A DNA stretch of 40,988 bases from a virus, in the UHGV virus genome UHGV-0200626. The stretch is one strand, 5' to 3'. Below, in pieces: positions 8,308-16,407 of this stretch (positions are counted from its first letter, which is position 1; each line of letters begins with the position of its first letter). The position numbers and the translations under genes were made by a program. The notes beneath the pieces are model-generated. The model ran no database searches and was not told the DNA's origin. It saw nothing but the letters and a program-made list of their open reading frames with translations.

Positions 8308-9201
8308 ATGAATACGACAAATGGTTACAATCTGGCACTGCAAAGGCAACTTGTAGACTCAAAAATCAATGACATTTCTGATCTGAAACAGAAACTTGAG
8401 TTTAGCAAAATTGGATCAGCATCAGATGGAATGTCAGTTACCAGCACAGTGGAAGAGTGCGAGAAACACGGTAAATATACTTCCTATGAGAAATATCTGA
8501 CCATCTCAGGAAAAAGAATTACTTCAAGTAAATCTGAGTGCCCACAGTGCCTTGAGGAGAAAATTCGTAAGAAAGAGATTGAACGTGAGCAGGCAGAACA
8601 AAGAGCAAGACAATCAAAAATTGAATATTTGTTGAATTCTCTCAATATTCCAGAGAGGTTCAAAAATTGCACTCTTCAGAATTATGAGCCTGTTAACGAT
8701 GATGCAAAGCGAGTTCTTAAGGTATGCCAGGCATATGCCAGTAAGTGGCCTGAACGCCTTCAGAAAGGTGGCGGACTGGTCATGTGTGGTAAGCCTGGAA
8801 CTGGAAAGAACCACCTTGCACTGGCTATCGCTAGGCACGCCATTATCGAGCATCAAAGCTCTGTGATATTTACCACTGCGTTGAAAATTGCCAGAGAGTA
8901 CAAATCAACATGGTCTAAGGCCGCAACCAGAACTGAAGAAGAAGTCATTAGGCAATTTACGCATCCTGACTTGTTAATAATCGATGAGGTTGGCGTGCAG
9001 TTCGGCAGTGATGCTGAAAAGCTAATCATGTTCGAAATTATCAACACCAGATATGAATACATGAAGCCAACAATCCTGATTAGTAATCAGAGCAAAGATG
9101 AACTTTCGGCATTCATTGGTGAGCGTGTTATTGACAGGATGAATGATGGCGGAGGGTGCACTCTTGCGTTTACATGGGATAGTTACAGGAGCAGATCGTG
9201 A
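8308..9201 (+). CDS. DnaC/IstB-like AAA+ helicase loader
   Basis: Walker A GKPGTGKNHLALAI and Walker B LLIIDEVG; ATG 8308 follows CAGGAG and overlaps the O stop. Confidence 0.8.
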   Translation: MNTTNGYNLALQRQLVDSKINDISDLKQKLEFSKIGSASDGMSVTSTVEECEKHGKYTSYEKYLTISGKRITSSKSECPQCLEEKIRKKEIEREQAEQRARQSKIEYLLNSLNIPERFKNCTLQNYEPVNDDAKRVLKVCQAYASKWPERLQKGGGLVMCGKPGTGKNHLALAIARHAIIEHQSSVIFTTALKIAREYKSTWSKAATRTEEEVIRQFTHPDLLIIDEVGVQFGSDAEKLIMFEIINTRYEYMKPTILISNQSKDELSAFIGERVIDRMNDGGGCTLAFTWDSYRSRS

Positions 9202-9488
9202 CTGGAAAAGAAATCATCCTGGAATATCTGAAAACTCATGAACAATTCTCCCCACATGAATTAGCACTGATTACCGGAATACCAAATAACAGAATCGCTC
9301 AAGCAGCAAGGCATATGGTGAAACAAGGGCATTTGAGTGTTGTTGAGCGTAAGTGGAAGACGGTTATTTATGCGAAACGCAAAGTGAAGAAGGAGCCAAT
9401 TAAAAGAAATCCAGATGGTACGGGGTGGGTATGTGCAAATCCAATGACGGCGTTTATTAATAGGGCGCTTATGGAGGTAAGGCAATGA
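9198..9488 (+). CDS. ren: Ren-like protein
   Basis: 96 aa; N-terminus MTGKEIILEYLKTHEQF...ITGIPNNRIAQAARHM resembles lambda Ren (MTGKEAIIHYLGTHNSF...) from memory; same position after the replication genes. Confidence 0.45.
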   Translation: MTGKEIILEYLKTHEQFSPHELALITGIPNNRIAQAARHMVKQGHLSVVERKWKTVIYAKRKVKKEPIKRNPDGTGWVCANPMTAFINRALMEVRQ

Positions 9489-9754
9489 ATAAAAAACAAT
9501 TAGCCATTCTCGAAAAGGCATGGGATGCACAAATATCATGCGCTTTGAAAGAACAGGCACTACCAATAATCCAGACCAAATCGAAAATAGCCAGGCAGTT
9601 ATGCGATGACGGATTCCTGAACGAAGTTGAGATTACGCGCCAGATGGTAACGTTCAAAGGGTATGAGATAAATCATCATGGTATAGCGGCGTATTGCTCC
9701 CACCTTCCTGATGACGTTGACATTGATGAAATGGAAAGGGAGATGAAGCAATGA
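9485..9754 (+). CDS. Hypothetical phage protein
   Basis: 89 aa ORF with ATGA overlap to the upstream gene. Confidence 0.45.
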   Translation: MNKKQLAILEKAWDAQISCALKEQALPIIQTKSKIARQLCDDGFLNEVEITRQMVTFKGYEINHHGIAAYCSHLPDDVDIDEMEREMKQ

Positions 9755-9778
9755 TCATCTACATCACTGAGCTAATAA

Positions 9779-9811
9779 CAGGCCTGCTGGTAATCGCAGG
9801 CCTTTTTATTT
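9779..9811 (+). terminator. Intrinsic terminator between replication module and nin region (tR2-like)
   Basis: AGGCCTGC-tggtaatc-GCAGGCCT perfect 8 bp stem followed by TTTTTATTT. Confidence 0.6.
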
Positions 9812-9839
9812 GGGGGAGAGTAATTGGAGGCTTTAAGAA

Positions 9840-10055
9840 ATGAGTTCGATGACTGAGCTTGTCCGCGCCGACTTTCAGGAGAACATTGGTCGTGCAAAGC
9901 GGTACTGGTCTGCTTCCAGACTTCCGACTGGCGAGAGACAGAAAAACGCCCCTAAGCCACGTATCTATCCGCGTGACCGTGTTCTTCGACGGTTGTCCAA
10001 ACTCAACAATGAGTTTCAGCGCAACAGAATTATTCGGAGTCTGGATTTAAAGTAA
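9840..10055 (+). CDS. Hypothetical phage protein
   Basis: 71 aa ORF in the nin region. Confidence 0.4.
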   Translation: MSSMTELVRADFQENIGRAKRYWSASRLPTGERQKNAPKPRIYPRDRVLRRLSKLNNEFQRNRIIRSLDLK

Positions 10056-10065
10056 AGGAGTGAGC

Positions 10066-10272
10066 ATGACAAATCAGCAGCAAATAGAGTTCATCCTTGA
10101 GCAGATTCGAAAAATGCGAGAAAAGAACCAGCCAGACATGATGGAAATATGGAGACGCCAGCAGGAAGAATACCGCAAGCATATTTTTGGTGAGAGAAAA
10201 CAGGATGACTGGAGCCTATATGGCTATGGCACCAGGACAAATAAAAACGGATATAGCCTTTACACATATTGA
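10066..10272 (+). CDS. Hypothetical phage protein
   Basis: ATG at 10066 with AAGGAG 5 nt upstream. Confidence 0.45.
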   Translation: MTNQQQIEFILEQIRKMREKNQPDMMEIWRRQQEEYRKHIFGERKQDDWSLYGYGTRTNKNGYSLYTY

Positions 10273-10280
10273 GGAATTCC

Positions 10281-10691
10281 ATGAAACAGACAATTTTCCT
10301 CAGGAGTAAGCAACAACAGCAAGCCGCAATCACCGCCATCCTCGCAACACCACTCGATAAAGACAAGCCAGTTACCATCCGCATTACTGACTACAAGCGC
10401 AACCTTGACCAGAACGCAAAATTTCACGCGATGCTGGCGGATATCGCAAGTCAGGTTCAATGGTGCGGCAAATGGTTAAAACCAGAACAATGGAAGGTTT
10501 TGTTGATAAGCGGTCATGCAGTGGCAACAAAGCAGGAAGCTGATGTTTTGCCCGGCCTTGAAGGTGAATACGTCAACATTCGCGAAAGCAGCGCACAGAT
10601 GAGCGTGAAGCGCATGGCAAGCCTGATTGAGTACACGACAGCATGGGCTATTGGTCAGGGTGTCAGATTTACCGACAGGAGGTACGAATGA
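10281..10691 (+). CDS. ninB: NinB recombination protein
   Basis: Matches lambda NinB pattern (RSLDQN.K.....L.D...QV.W.G.WL....WK); ATG 10281 with GAGGA upstream. Confidence 0.75.
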   Translation: MKQTIFLRSKQQQQAAITAILATPLDKDKPVTIRITDYKRNLDQNAKFHAMLADIASQVQWCGKWLKPEQWKVLLISGHAVATKQEADVLPGLEGEYVNIRESSAQMSVKRMASLIEYTTAWAIGQGVRFTDRRYE

Positions 10692-10864
10692 GACGACAGC
10701 GACGAAGTTTCACCGACATAATCTGTGAAAACTGCAAATACCTTCCAACGAAACGCTCCAGAAATAAACGCAAGCCAATCCCAAAAGAATCTGACGTAAA
10801 AACCTTCAACTACACGGCTCACCTGTGGTATATCCGGTGGCTAAGAGAACGTGCGAGGAAATGA
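10688..10864 (+). CDS. ninE: NinE
   Basis: [58 protein letters not shown], nearly identical to lambda NinE from memory; AGGAGG upstream. Confidence 0.8.
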   Translation: MRRQRRSFTDIICENCKYLPTKRSRNKRKPIPKESDVKTFNYTAHLWYIRWLRERARK

Positions 10865-10866
10865 CA

Positions 10867-11286
10867 ATGGATTATTCACAGTTAAGTGATTTTGAAATTA
10901 ACAGACGAGTATGTGAGGCTTTAGATATGGAGGAGCATTTCTTCATACCTGATGACGAAGCAGACTTCGATTCTGAGATCCCCACTGACGAAAGAGGTCC
11001 TATTTGGCAGACGCAAAAAAGGGATATTAATGGCTTCCGTTCTTCAAACGGAAATTGCTTCAATCCTTGCAATAATCCTGAATACGCGTGGCCAATTATC
11101 ACTGAAAGCAAAATCAGCACTATGTGGATGACAGCGGAAAAAGAATGGTGCGCATGGTCAGGAGGTGATTTAGAGGAAGGTTGTTGTGAATGGGAAAATA
11201 TTCCTGGCTACTACTTCTGCGGTGAATCTCCACTCCGCGCCGCCATGATTGTATTTCTCATGATGCAGGACGCCAATAATGCTTAG
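10867..11286 (+). CDS. Hypothetical nin-region protein (Cys-rich)
   Basis: About 140 aa ORF; ATG 10867 with GAGGAA upstream. Confidence 0.5.
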   Translation: MDYSQLSDFEINRRVCEALDMEEHFFIPDDEADFDSEIPTDERGPIWQTQKRDINGFRSSNGNCFNPCNNPEYAWPIITESKISTMWMTAEKEWCAWSGGDLEEGCCEWENIPGYYFCGESPLRAAMIVFLMMQDANNA

Positions 11287-11464
11287 CCCATCCCAATCTC
11301 TTCAATACCAGAAAGAAAGCGTCGAGCGGGCTTTAACGTGCGCTAATTGCGGTCAGAAGCTGCATGTGCTGGAAGTTCACGTGTGTGAGCGTTGTATATA
11401 TGAATGCTTAAATATGGTGGAACATAATGAGAAATATAAGCAACATAGACGAATTAAGAAATAA
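11279..11464 (+). pseudogene. ninF: ninF disrupted by an endonuclease gene insertion
   Basis: First 37 codons match lambda NinF (MLSPSQSLQYQKESVERALTCANCGQKLHVLEVHVCE); the frame then runs into unrelated sequence. The missing NinF C-terminus (CAELMSDPNSSMYEEEDDE) is encoded at 11935..11994 after the inserted gene. Confidence 0.6.
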
Positions 11465-11933
11465 ATTATCATATGATGATGTTTTAGGTGTACTTAGATG
11501 GAAAGTGTCTCCTTCTAATAATGTTAAGGTTGGCAGTGTTGCTGGTTACATTAGAAGTGATGGTTATAGGATGTTAACTATCGATGGTGTAATTACTTAT
11601 GCTCACCACGTTATATGGATGATAAATAATGGTGAGATTCCATTAGGGTATAAAATTGATCATATAAATGGATTAAGGTCAGATAATAGGCTGTCTAATC
11701 TTCGATTGGTTACACACCAACAGAATGCACAGAACCAAAAGAGAAAAATAACCAATTCGTCAGGAGTGACTGGAGTATATTTCAATAAAGAGAGATGTAA
11801 GTGGATTGCGAATATATGCGTAGATGGGCGCACCAAATATCTTGGAATATTTGCTAGCATCATTGACGCTATTGCAGAAAGGAAGAGGACAGAAAAAGAA
11901 CTGGGTTTTCATGAAAACCATGGCAGACCATAA
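11391..11933 (+). mobile_element. Free-standing homing endonuclease gene insertion within ninF
   Basis: About 543 bp lying between the two halves of ninF, almost entirely occupied by an HNH-AP2 ORF. Confidence 0.5.
11427..11933 (+). CDS. HNH endonuclease with AP2 DNA-binding domain
   Basis: 168 aa; HNH core YKIDHINGLRSDNRLSNLRLVTHQQN and AP2-like segment SGVTGVYFNKERCKWIANICVDGRTKYLGIF. Confidence 0.75.
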   Translation: MRNISNIDELRNKLSYDDVLGVLRWKVSPSNNVKVGSVAGYIRSDGYRMLTIDGVITYAHHVIWMINNGEIPLGYKIDHINGLRSDNRLSNLRLVTHQQNAQNQKRKITNSSGVTGVYFNKERCKWIANICVDGRTKYLGIFASIIDAIAERKRTEKELGFHENHGRP

Positions 11934-11986
11934 CTGCGCAGAACTGATGAGCGATCCGAATAGCTCAATGTACGAGGAAGAAGACG

Positions 11987-12199
11987 ATGAGTGATTACCT
12001 GAAATGGTATCTCTGTTACCGCTGGTTAATTAAGTTTGCTGTAAAAGACTGGATGACAGCGGATGCCAACAAACTTAAGCAAAGAAAGGACTATTACTAC
12101 GCCAGAATGAAGGAAAACTACTGCTCAATTCGCACTCGCATATTTATTAAAAAAGACCTTCAGTCAATTCTTCAATTGCGAGGGAAGGTAAATGGCTAA
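11987..12199 (+). CDS. Hypothetical nin-region protein
   Basis: 70 aa ORF whose ATG overlaps the stop of the ninF remnant. Confidence 0.4.
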   Translation: MSDYLKWYLCYRWLIKFAVKDWMTADANKLKQRKDYYYARMKENYCSIRTRIFIKKDLQSILQLRGKVNG

Positions 12200-12482
12200 T
12201 CTACGCAAAGAAGCGCGCGGCAGAGAATGCCAGGTACGTATTTACGGCGTATGCAATGGCAATCCTGAAACTACAGTTCTGGCACATTACCGGATGGCTG
12301 GAATTTGCGGAACGGGAATGAAACCTGACGACATGATCGGCGCATGGGCTTGTAGCGCGTGTCACGATGAAATCGACCGACGCACCCATAATCTCGACAA
12401 CAAAGACGCCAGACTTTACCACCTCGAAGGCGTGATCAGGACGCAGGCGATACTGCTGAAGGAGGGGAAGATTAAGTCATGA
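12192..12482 (+). CDS. ybcO: YbcO-like protein (DUF1364, Cys/His-rich)
   Basis: 96 aa; MANLRKEARGRECQVRIYGVCNGNPETTVLAHYR...CSACHDEIDRRTH matches E. coli DLP12 YbcO from memory. Confidence 0.65.
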   Translation: MANLRKEARGRECQVRIYGVCNGNPETTVLAHYRMAGICGTGMKPDDMIGAWACSACHDEIDRRTHNLDNKDARLYHLEGVIRTQAILLKEGKIKS

Positions 12483-12841
12483 ACGAATATCAGTTTGTGC
12501 TTCCGTACCCGCCGTCGGTGAACACCTACTGGCGAAGACGGGAAAGCCAATACTACATCAGCGATAAAGGCCAGAAATACCGAAAAGACGTTCAGCAAAT
12601 CATTCGCCAACTCAAGTTAGACATTTTCACCAAATCACGACTCCGCATCAAAGTCATCGCAGACGTTCCAGATTCCCGCCGCCGCGACCTCGACAACATC
12701 CTGAAAGGTTTACTCGACTCCCTTATCCACGCCGGATTTGCGGAAGACGACGAGCAATTCGATGACATTCGCGTAATTCGTGGCGTGAAAGTACCAGGCG
12801 GACGGCTTGGAATAAAAATCACCGAACTGGAGAACGTATGA
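12479..12841 (+). CDS. rusA: RusA Holliday junction resolvase
   Basis: 120 aa; PDSRRRDLDNILKGLLDSLIHAGF and GGRLGIKITE correspond to RusA catalytic motifs (E. coli RusA PDRRRRDLDN...GGRLELTITE). Confidence 0.8.
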   Translation: MNEYQFVLPYPPSVNTYWRRRESQYYISDKGQKYRKDVQQIIRQLKLDIFTKSRLRIKVIADVPDSRRRDLDNILKGLLDSLIHAGFAEDDEQFDDIRVIRGVKVPGGRLGIKITELENV

Positions 12842-13026
12842 ACGCCACAATTCAAACGATACCAGAGCTTCTTATCCAGACACGAGGCAATCAGACCGAA
12901 GTGGCGATGATGCTTTCCTGCGCAAGAGGAACAGTGCTCAAGTACAACCGAGACAGTAAAGGCGAGCGTCACGTAATAGTTAACGGCGTCCTGATGGTCA
13001 AACAGGGAAAAAGGGGAAGGCCATGA
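12838..13026 (+). CDS. ninH: NinH
   Basis: TIPELLIQTRGNQTEVAMMLSCARGTVLKY...HVIVNGVLMV parallels lambda NinH (TIPDMLVEAYGNQTEVARRLKCSRGTVRKY...) from memory. Confidence 0.65.
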   Translation: MNATIQTIPELLIQTRGNQTEVAMMLSCARGTVLKYNRDSKGERHVIVNGVLMVKQGKRGRP

Positions 13027-13646
13027 GACTCGAAAGCGTAGCTAAATTTCATTCGCCAAAAAGCCCGATGATGAGCGACTCACCACGGGCCACGGCTTCT
13101 GACTCTCTTTCCGGTACTGATGTGATGGCTGCTATGGGGATGGCGCAATCACAAGCCGGATTCGGTATGGCTGCATTCTGCGGTAAGCACGAACTCAGCC
13201 AGAACGACAAACAAAAGGCTATCAACTATCTGATGCAATTTGCACACAAGGTATCGGGGAAATACCGTGGTGTGGCAAAGCTCGAAGGAAATACTAAGGC
13301 AAAGGTACTGCAAGTGCTCGCAACATTCGCTTATGCGGATTATTGCCGTAGTGCCGCGACGCCGGGGGCAAGATGCAGAGATTGCCACGGTACAGGCCGT
13401 GCGGTTGATATATCAAAAACAGAGCTGTGGGGGAGAGTTGTTGAGAAAGAATGCGGAAGATGCAAAGGTGTCGGCTATTCAAGAATGCCAGCAAGCGCCG
13501 CATATCGCGCTGTGACGATGCTAATACCCAACCTTACCCAACCAACCTGGTCACGCACTGTTAAGCCGCTGTATGACGCTCTGGTGGTGCAATGCCACAA
13601 GGAAGAGTCAATCGCAGACAACATTTTGAATGCGGTCACACGTTAG
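13023..13646 (+). CDS. Q: Late-gene antiterminator Q (lambda-type)
   Basis: 207 aa beginning MRLESVAKFHSPKSPMMSDSPRATASDSLSGTDVMAAMGMAQSQAGFGMAAFCGKHE, which to my recollection is essentially lambda Q; followed by a lambda-type PR'. Confidence 0.85.
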   Translation: MRLESVAKFHSPKSPMMSDSPRATASDSLSGTDVMAAMGMAQSQAGFGMAAFCGKHELSQNDKQKAINYLMQFAHKVSGKYRGVAKLEGNTKAKVLQVLATFAYADYCRSAATPGARCRDCHGTGRAVDISKTELWGRVVEKECGRCKGVGYSRMPASAAYRAVTMLIPNLTQPTWSRTVKPLYDALVVQCHKEESIADNILNAVTR

Positions 13647-13688
13647 CAGCATGATTGCCACGGATGGCAACATATTAACGGCATGATA

Positions 13689-13717
13689 TTGACTTATTGA
13701 ATAAAATTGGGTAAATT
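13689..13717 (+). promoter_or_regulatory. Late promoter PR' with expected qut site
   Basis: TTGACT (13689..13694), 17 bp spacer, TAAATT (13712..13717); the string ttgacttattgaataaaattgggtaaatttgactcaacgatgggttaat matches lambda PR' from memory. Confidence 0.7.
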
Positions 13718-13749
13718 TGACTCAACGATGGGTTAATGCCTTCGTTTCA

Positions 13750-13785
13750 AGCCCCGCGGATAACACCGTGGGGCTTTTGCGTTTC
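13750..13785 (+). terminator. Hairpin with T-run in the PR' leader (tR'-like)
   Basis: GCCCCGCGG-ataacac-CGTGGGGC followed by TTTTGCGTTT, about 30 to 60 nt downstream of the predicted PR' start. Confidence 0.5.
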
Positions 13786-13821
13786 TGGAGGTAACGGCGA
13801 GGCGCTACCCTCGCCTTAACA

Positions 13822-14238
13822 TTAAGGGAGGGTTTTCATTACGCTATCAATCTCCCTTCCTTCAAATCTTGAAGTCCAGCCGCAGGAGCCGCAATGGTAA
13901 GGAAAGTCATCGAACCCGCTACCGACCTGTTTAAGACAGTTGGGGCAATAAACCGCGCTGATATACCCACCCGCGGGATTTTTTCTAAAGGCCGCACCCA
14001 TGTGCTCGACAAACTCATCCTTTGCCCGATAAGCCGCTATTTCCTTCTCAAGTTCTACGTTCTTGGCTTTCGCCTCGGCAAGTTCTGCTATGGTGGCAGC
14101 ATGGGCTTTTTGAAGTACGTCGATCTGCTCTCCAATGAAAGCGATGCGCTCGCGCAGGACCTCGTTACTTTGCACAGCAGAAAGCGCGCCGATCCCGTTT
14201 TTAAGGGACGCGATAAGTAATCCTACATCCATGGTCAT
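13822..14238 (-). CDS. Coiled-coil plus C-terminal zinc-ribbon protein, antisense accessory gene between PR' and holin
   Basis: 138 aa ORF on the strand opposite to late transcription; C-terminus CPNCLKQVG...YHCGSCGW (four Cys); AGGGA SD before the second ATG at 14232. Confidence 0.5.
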   Translation of the reverse strand: MTMDVGLLIASLKNGIGALSAVQSNEVLRERIAFIGEQIDVLQKAHAATIAELAEAKAKNVELEKEIAAYRAKDEFVEHMGAAFRKNPAGGYISAVYCPNCLKQVGSGFDDFPYHCGSCGWTSRFEGREIDSVMKTLP

Positions 14239-14573
14239 TCCCTAATTGTCTGTGGAATGACCAATTTAGCAATTTCCTTTGTCTGTGGAAAGCAGGGAAA
14301 CCACGCGCCGGGCGTGAATAAATATCCCGGTATTGAATCGACTGTTGGCTGCCGCTTGGCGGCCTTTTTCATTTCAGGCTCACGGGAATCATCCGCTACG
14401 TGCTTTGTTGATAAATCCAGCCCGTGAAGCCTGACACTTTTCAAACACACACACACAGCGCCATCCGAAAAATCGGAGGTGAGGCCTATGAAAATGCCAT
14501 ACAAACAAGATTTCATCGCTGCGCTACTTGCCGCCAAGGAGCAGGGTATTGGTGCAATGCTGGCTTTTATCAT
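14235..14573 (-). CDS. Possible upstream ORF of the antisense module (doubtful)
   Basis: ATGA stop/start overlap with the zinc-ribbon gene suggests coupling, but the longest form overlaps the holin start on the other strand, the only non-overlapping ATG is at 14372, and a plus-strand hairpin with T-run lies inside it. Confidence 0.25.
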   Translation of the reverse strand: MIKASIAPIPCSLAASSAAMKSCLYGIFIGLTSDFSDGAVCVCLKSVRLHGLDLSTKHVADDSREPEMKKAAKRQPTVDSIPGYLFTPGAWFPCFPQTKEIAKLVIPQTIRE

Positions 14574-14811
14574 GGCGTATCTGCGTGGTCGCTATAACGG
14601 CGGCGCGGTAACAAAAACGCTAATTGATGCGCTGATGTGCGCGATGATTGCCTGGTTCGTTCGTGACCTTCTGGACTTTATCGGCCTGAGCAGCAACCTC
14701 GCCTACATAGCCAGCGTCTTTATTGGATACATCGGCACCGATTCGATCGGCAATCTTATTAAAAAACTTGCAGCAAAAAAGGCGGGAGTTGACGATGCAA
14801 ACCAGTCCTGA
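14488..14811 (+). CDS. S: Holin, lambda S family, with dual-start MKM motif
   Basis: [40 protein letters not shown] closely matches lambda S; GGAGGTGAGG upstream. Confidence 0.85.
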   Translation: MKMPYKQDFIAALLAAKEQGIGAMLAFIMAYLRGRYNGGAVTKTLIDALMCAMIAWFVRDLLDFIGLSSNLAYIASVFIGYIGTDSIGNLIKKLAAKKAGVDDANQS

Positions 14812-15244
14812 CGGAATTGCTCTGATAAAAAAATTTGAAGGTTGTCGGCTGACTGCTTACCCCGACCCCGGAACGGGAGATGCGCCGTGGACCATCGGCT
14901 ATGGCTGGACCCATCCGGTTGACGGAAAGCCAGTAAAGCGCGGTATGACTATCGACCAGCAAACCGCTGACAGGCTTCTGAAAACAGGGCTTGTTGGTTA
15001 TGAGAATGACGTGCTGAAAGTTGTCAGGGTGAAGCTGACACAAGGCCAGTTCGACGCACTGGTGTCGTTCGCTTACAACGTTGGGTCGCGTGCTCTTTCC
15101 ACATCTACACTGCTGAAAAAGCTGAATGCTGGCGATATAAAAGGCGCGGCAGATGAATTTCTGCGCTGGAATAAATCAGGCGGAAAGGTGATGCCGGGGC
15201 TCACGAATCGCCGCAAGGCAGAGCGAGCTCTGTTCCTGTCATGA
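14795..15244 (+). CDS. Endolysin, P22 gp19-type lysozyme
   Basis: [40 protein letters not shown]...[11 protein letters not shown]; the C-terminus matches P22 lysozyme (RRRRERALFLS) from memory. Not the lambda R transglycosylase. Confidence 0.8.
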   Translation: MQTSPDGIALIKKFEGCRLTAYPDPGTGDAPWTIGYGWTHPVDGKPVKRGMTIDQQTADRLLKTGLVGYENDVLKVVRVKLTQGQFDALVSFAYNVGSRALSTSTLLKKLNAGDIKGAADEFLRWNKSGGKVMPGLTNRRKAERALFLS

Positions 15245-15708
15245 TTAGCGCACTGGTTAAGCGTTACTGGCTGCAGTTGCTGGTGCTGGCGTTAATCGGC
15301 GCACTGGCTTTCTTCGTGAACCACTACCGCGACAACGCCATCACTTACAGAGACCAGCGCGATAAGGCCACTGAGAAACTCCTCCTGGCGACCGCCACCA
15401 TTAAAGACATGCAGACCCGCCAGCGTGATGTCGCTGCACTGGATGCCAAATACACCGGAGAACTGGCTGATGCGAAAGAAACCATTGAGCGTCTGCATAG
15501 CGATGTCATTGCTGGCCGTAAGCGGCTGCAAGTCGCCGCCACCTGTGCAAAGTCAACGACCGGAGCCAGCAGCATGGGCGATGGAGAAAGCCCAAGACTT
15601 ACAGCAGATGCTGAACTCAATTATTACCGTCTACGAAGTGGAATCGACAGGATAACCGCGCAGGTTAACTACCTGCAGGAATACATCAGGACGCAATGCC
15701 TGAAATGA
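15241..15708 (+). CDS. Rz: Rz i-spanin
   Basis: N-terminal TM segment then [10 protein letters not shown]...[16 protein letters not shown]..., matching lambda Rz. Confidence 0.8.
   Translation: MISALVKRYWLQLLVLALIGALAFFVNHYRDNAITYRDQRDKATEKLLLATATIKDMQTRQRDVAALDAKYTGELADAKETIERLHSDVIAGRKRLQVAATCAKSTTGASSMGDGESPRLTADAELNYYRLRSGIDRITAQVNYLQEYIRTQCLK
15470..15655 (+). CDS. Rz1: Rz1 o-spanin lipoprotein, embedded in the +1 frame of Rz
   Basis: [20 protein letters not shown] lipobox followed by a Pro-rich segment; entirely nested in Rz. Confidence 0.7.
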   Translation: MRKKPLSVCIAMSLLAVSGCKSPPPVQSQRPEPAAWAMEKAQDLQQMLNSIITVYEVESTG

Positions 15709-15739
15709 TTTTTTTGCAAATCACAAAGTCAATTTAATG

Positions 15740-15763
15740 AGCCTCGCGATGCGGGGCTTTTTG
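15740..15763 (+). terminator. Intrinsic terminator after the lysis cassette (first of two)
   Basis: GCCTCGC-gat-GCGGGGC (one G-U pair) followed by TTTTT. Confidence 0.5.
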
Positions 15764-15769
15764 CAATAA

Positions 15770-15794
15770 ATGCGTACCGCAACGCATGTTTTTT
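15770..15794 (+). terminator. Intrinsic terminator after the lysis cassette (second of two)
   Basis: ATGCGT-accgca-ACGCAT followed by GTTTTTT. Confidence 0.5.
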
Positions 15795-15909
15795 ACACCG
15801 AACCTGCCCCTTTGGAATGGGCCTTTGAGGATACCAGTTAGTGCTGGCGAGCCTCGGTGGGCTGGTTTCCTGTGCGGCAAAGGTTCATTTCAAAGAGTAG
15901 GTACACGCT

Positions 15910-16407
15910 ATGAAATCATTAACCCTCTTCAATCAACCAATTCGTATCGGTGAAGATGGCATGATCTGCCTCACTGATATGTGGAAAGCCAGTGGTAAAA
16001 GTGAATCTGAATCGCCTTACCACTACCTGCGAAACAAGCAGACCAAAGAGTTCTTAGCCGAGCTGGAGAAAAACCACGAATCTGTGGTTTTTACTGAGCG
16101 CGGTGTACACGGTGGAACATATGGCGGGAAGTTTGTTGCTTACGATTATGCGGCTTGGTTAAACCCCGGGTTCAAGTACGCGGCCTATAAAGTCCTCGAT
16201 GACTACTTCACCGGAGAACTTCAGCATCGCAACAGCTTAAGTGCGCAGCTCAACATGAAATGTCATGAGTTTGACCAGAAGAAAGACATGGCGAGTTTCT
16301 GCGGACAAGGGCTGGCGGCATGGCGCTATACGAAGCCAGTGTTGGTCGCTGAGATTAACTCCCTGGCTAACCAGCTGCAGATTACGATCCCCGGGCTTCC
16401 GGGATGA
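15910..16407 (+). CDS. KilA-N domain protein
   Basis: N-terminal segment (ICLTDMWKASGKSESESPYHYLRNKQTKEFLAEL...GVHGGTYGGKFVAYDYAAWLNPGF) fits the KilA-N/APSES pattern. Confidence 0.55.
   Translation: MKSLTLFNQPIRIGEDGMICLTDMWKASGKSESESPYHYLRNKQTKEFLAELEKNHESVVFTERGVHGGTYGGKFVAYDYAAWLNPGFKYAAYKVLDDYFTGELQHRNSLSAQLNMKCHEFDQKKDMASFCGQGLAAWRYTKPVLVAEINSLANQLQITIPGLPG

Noticed and set aside
11391-11933. Group I intron or intein explanation for the endonuclease in ninF
   Set aside because: The inserted block is almost exactly the ORF length, leaving no room for an intron core, and the endonuclease is not in frame with ninF.
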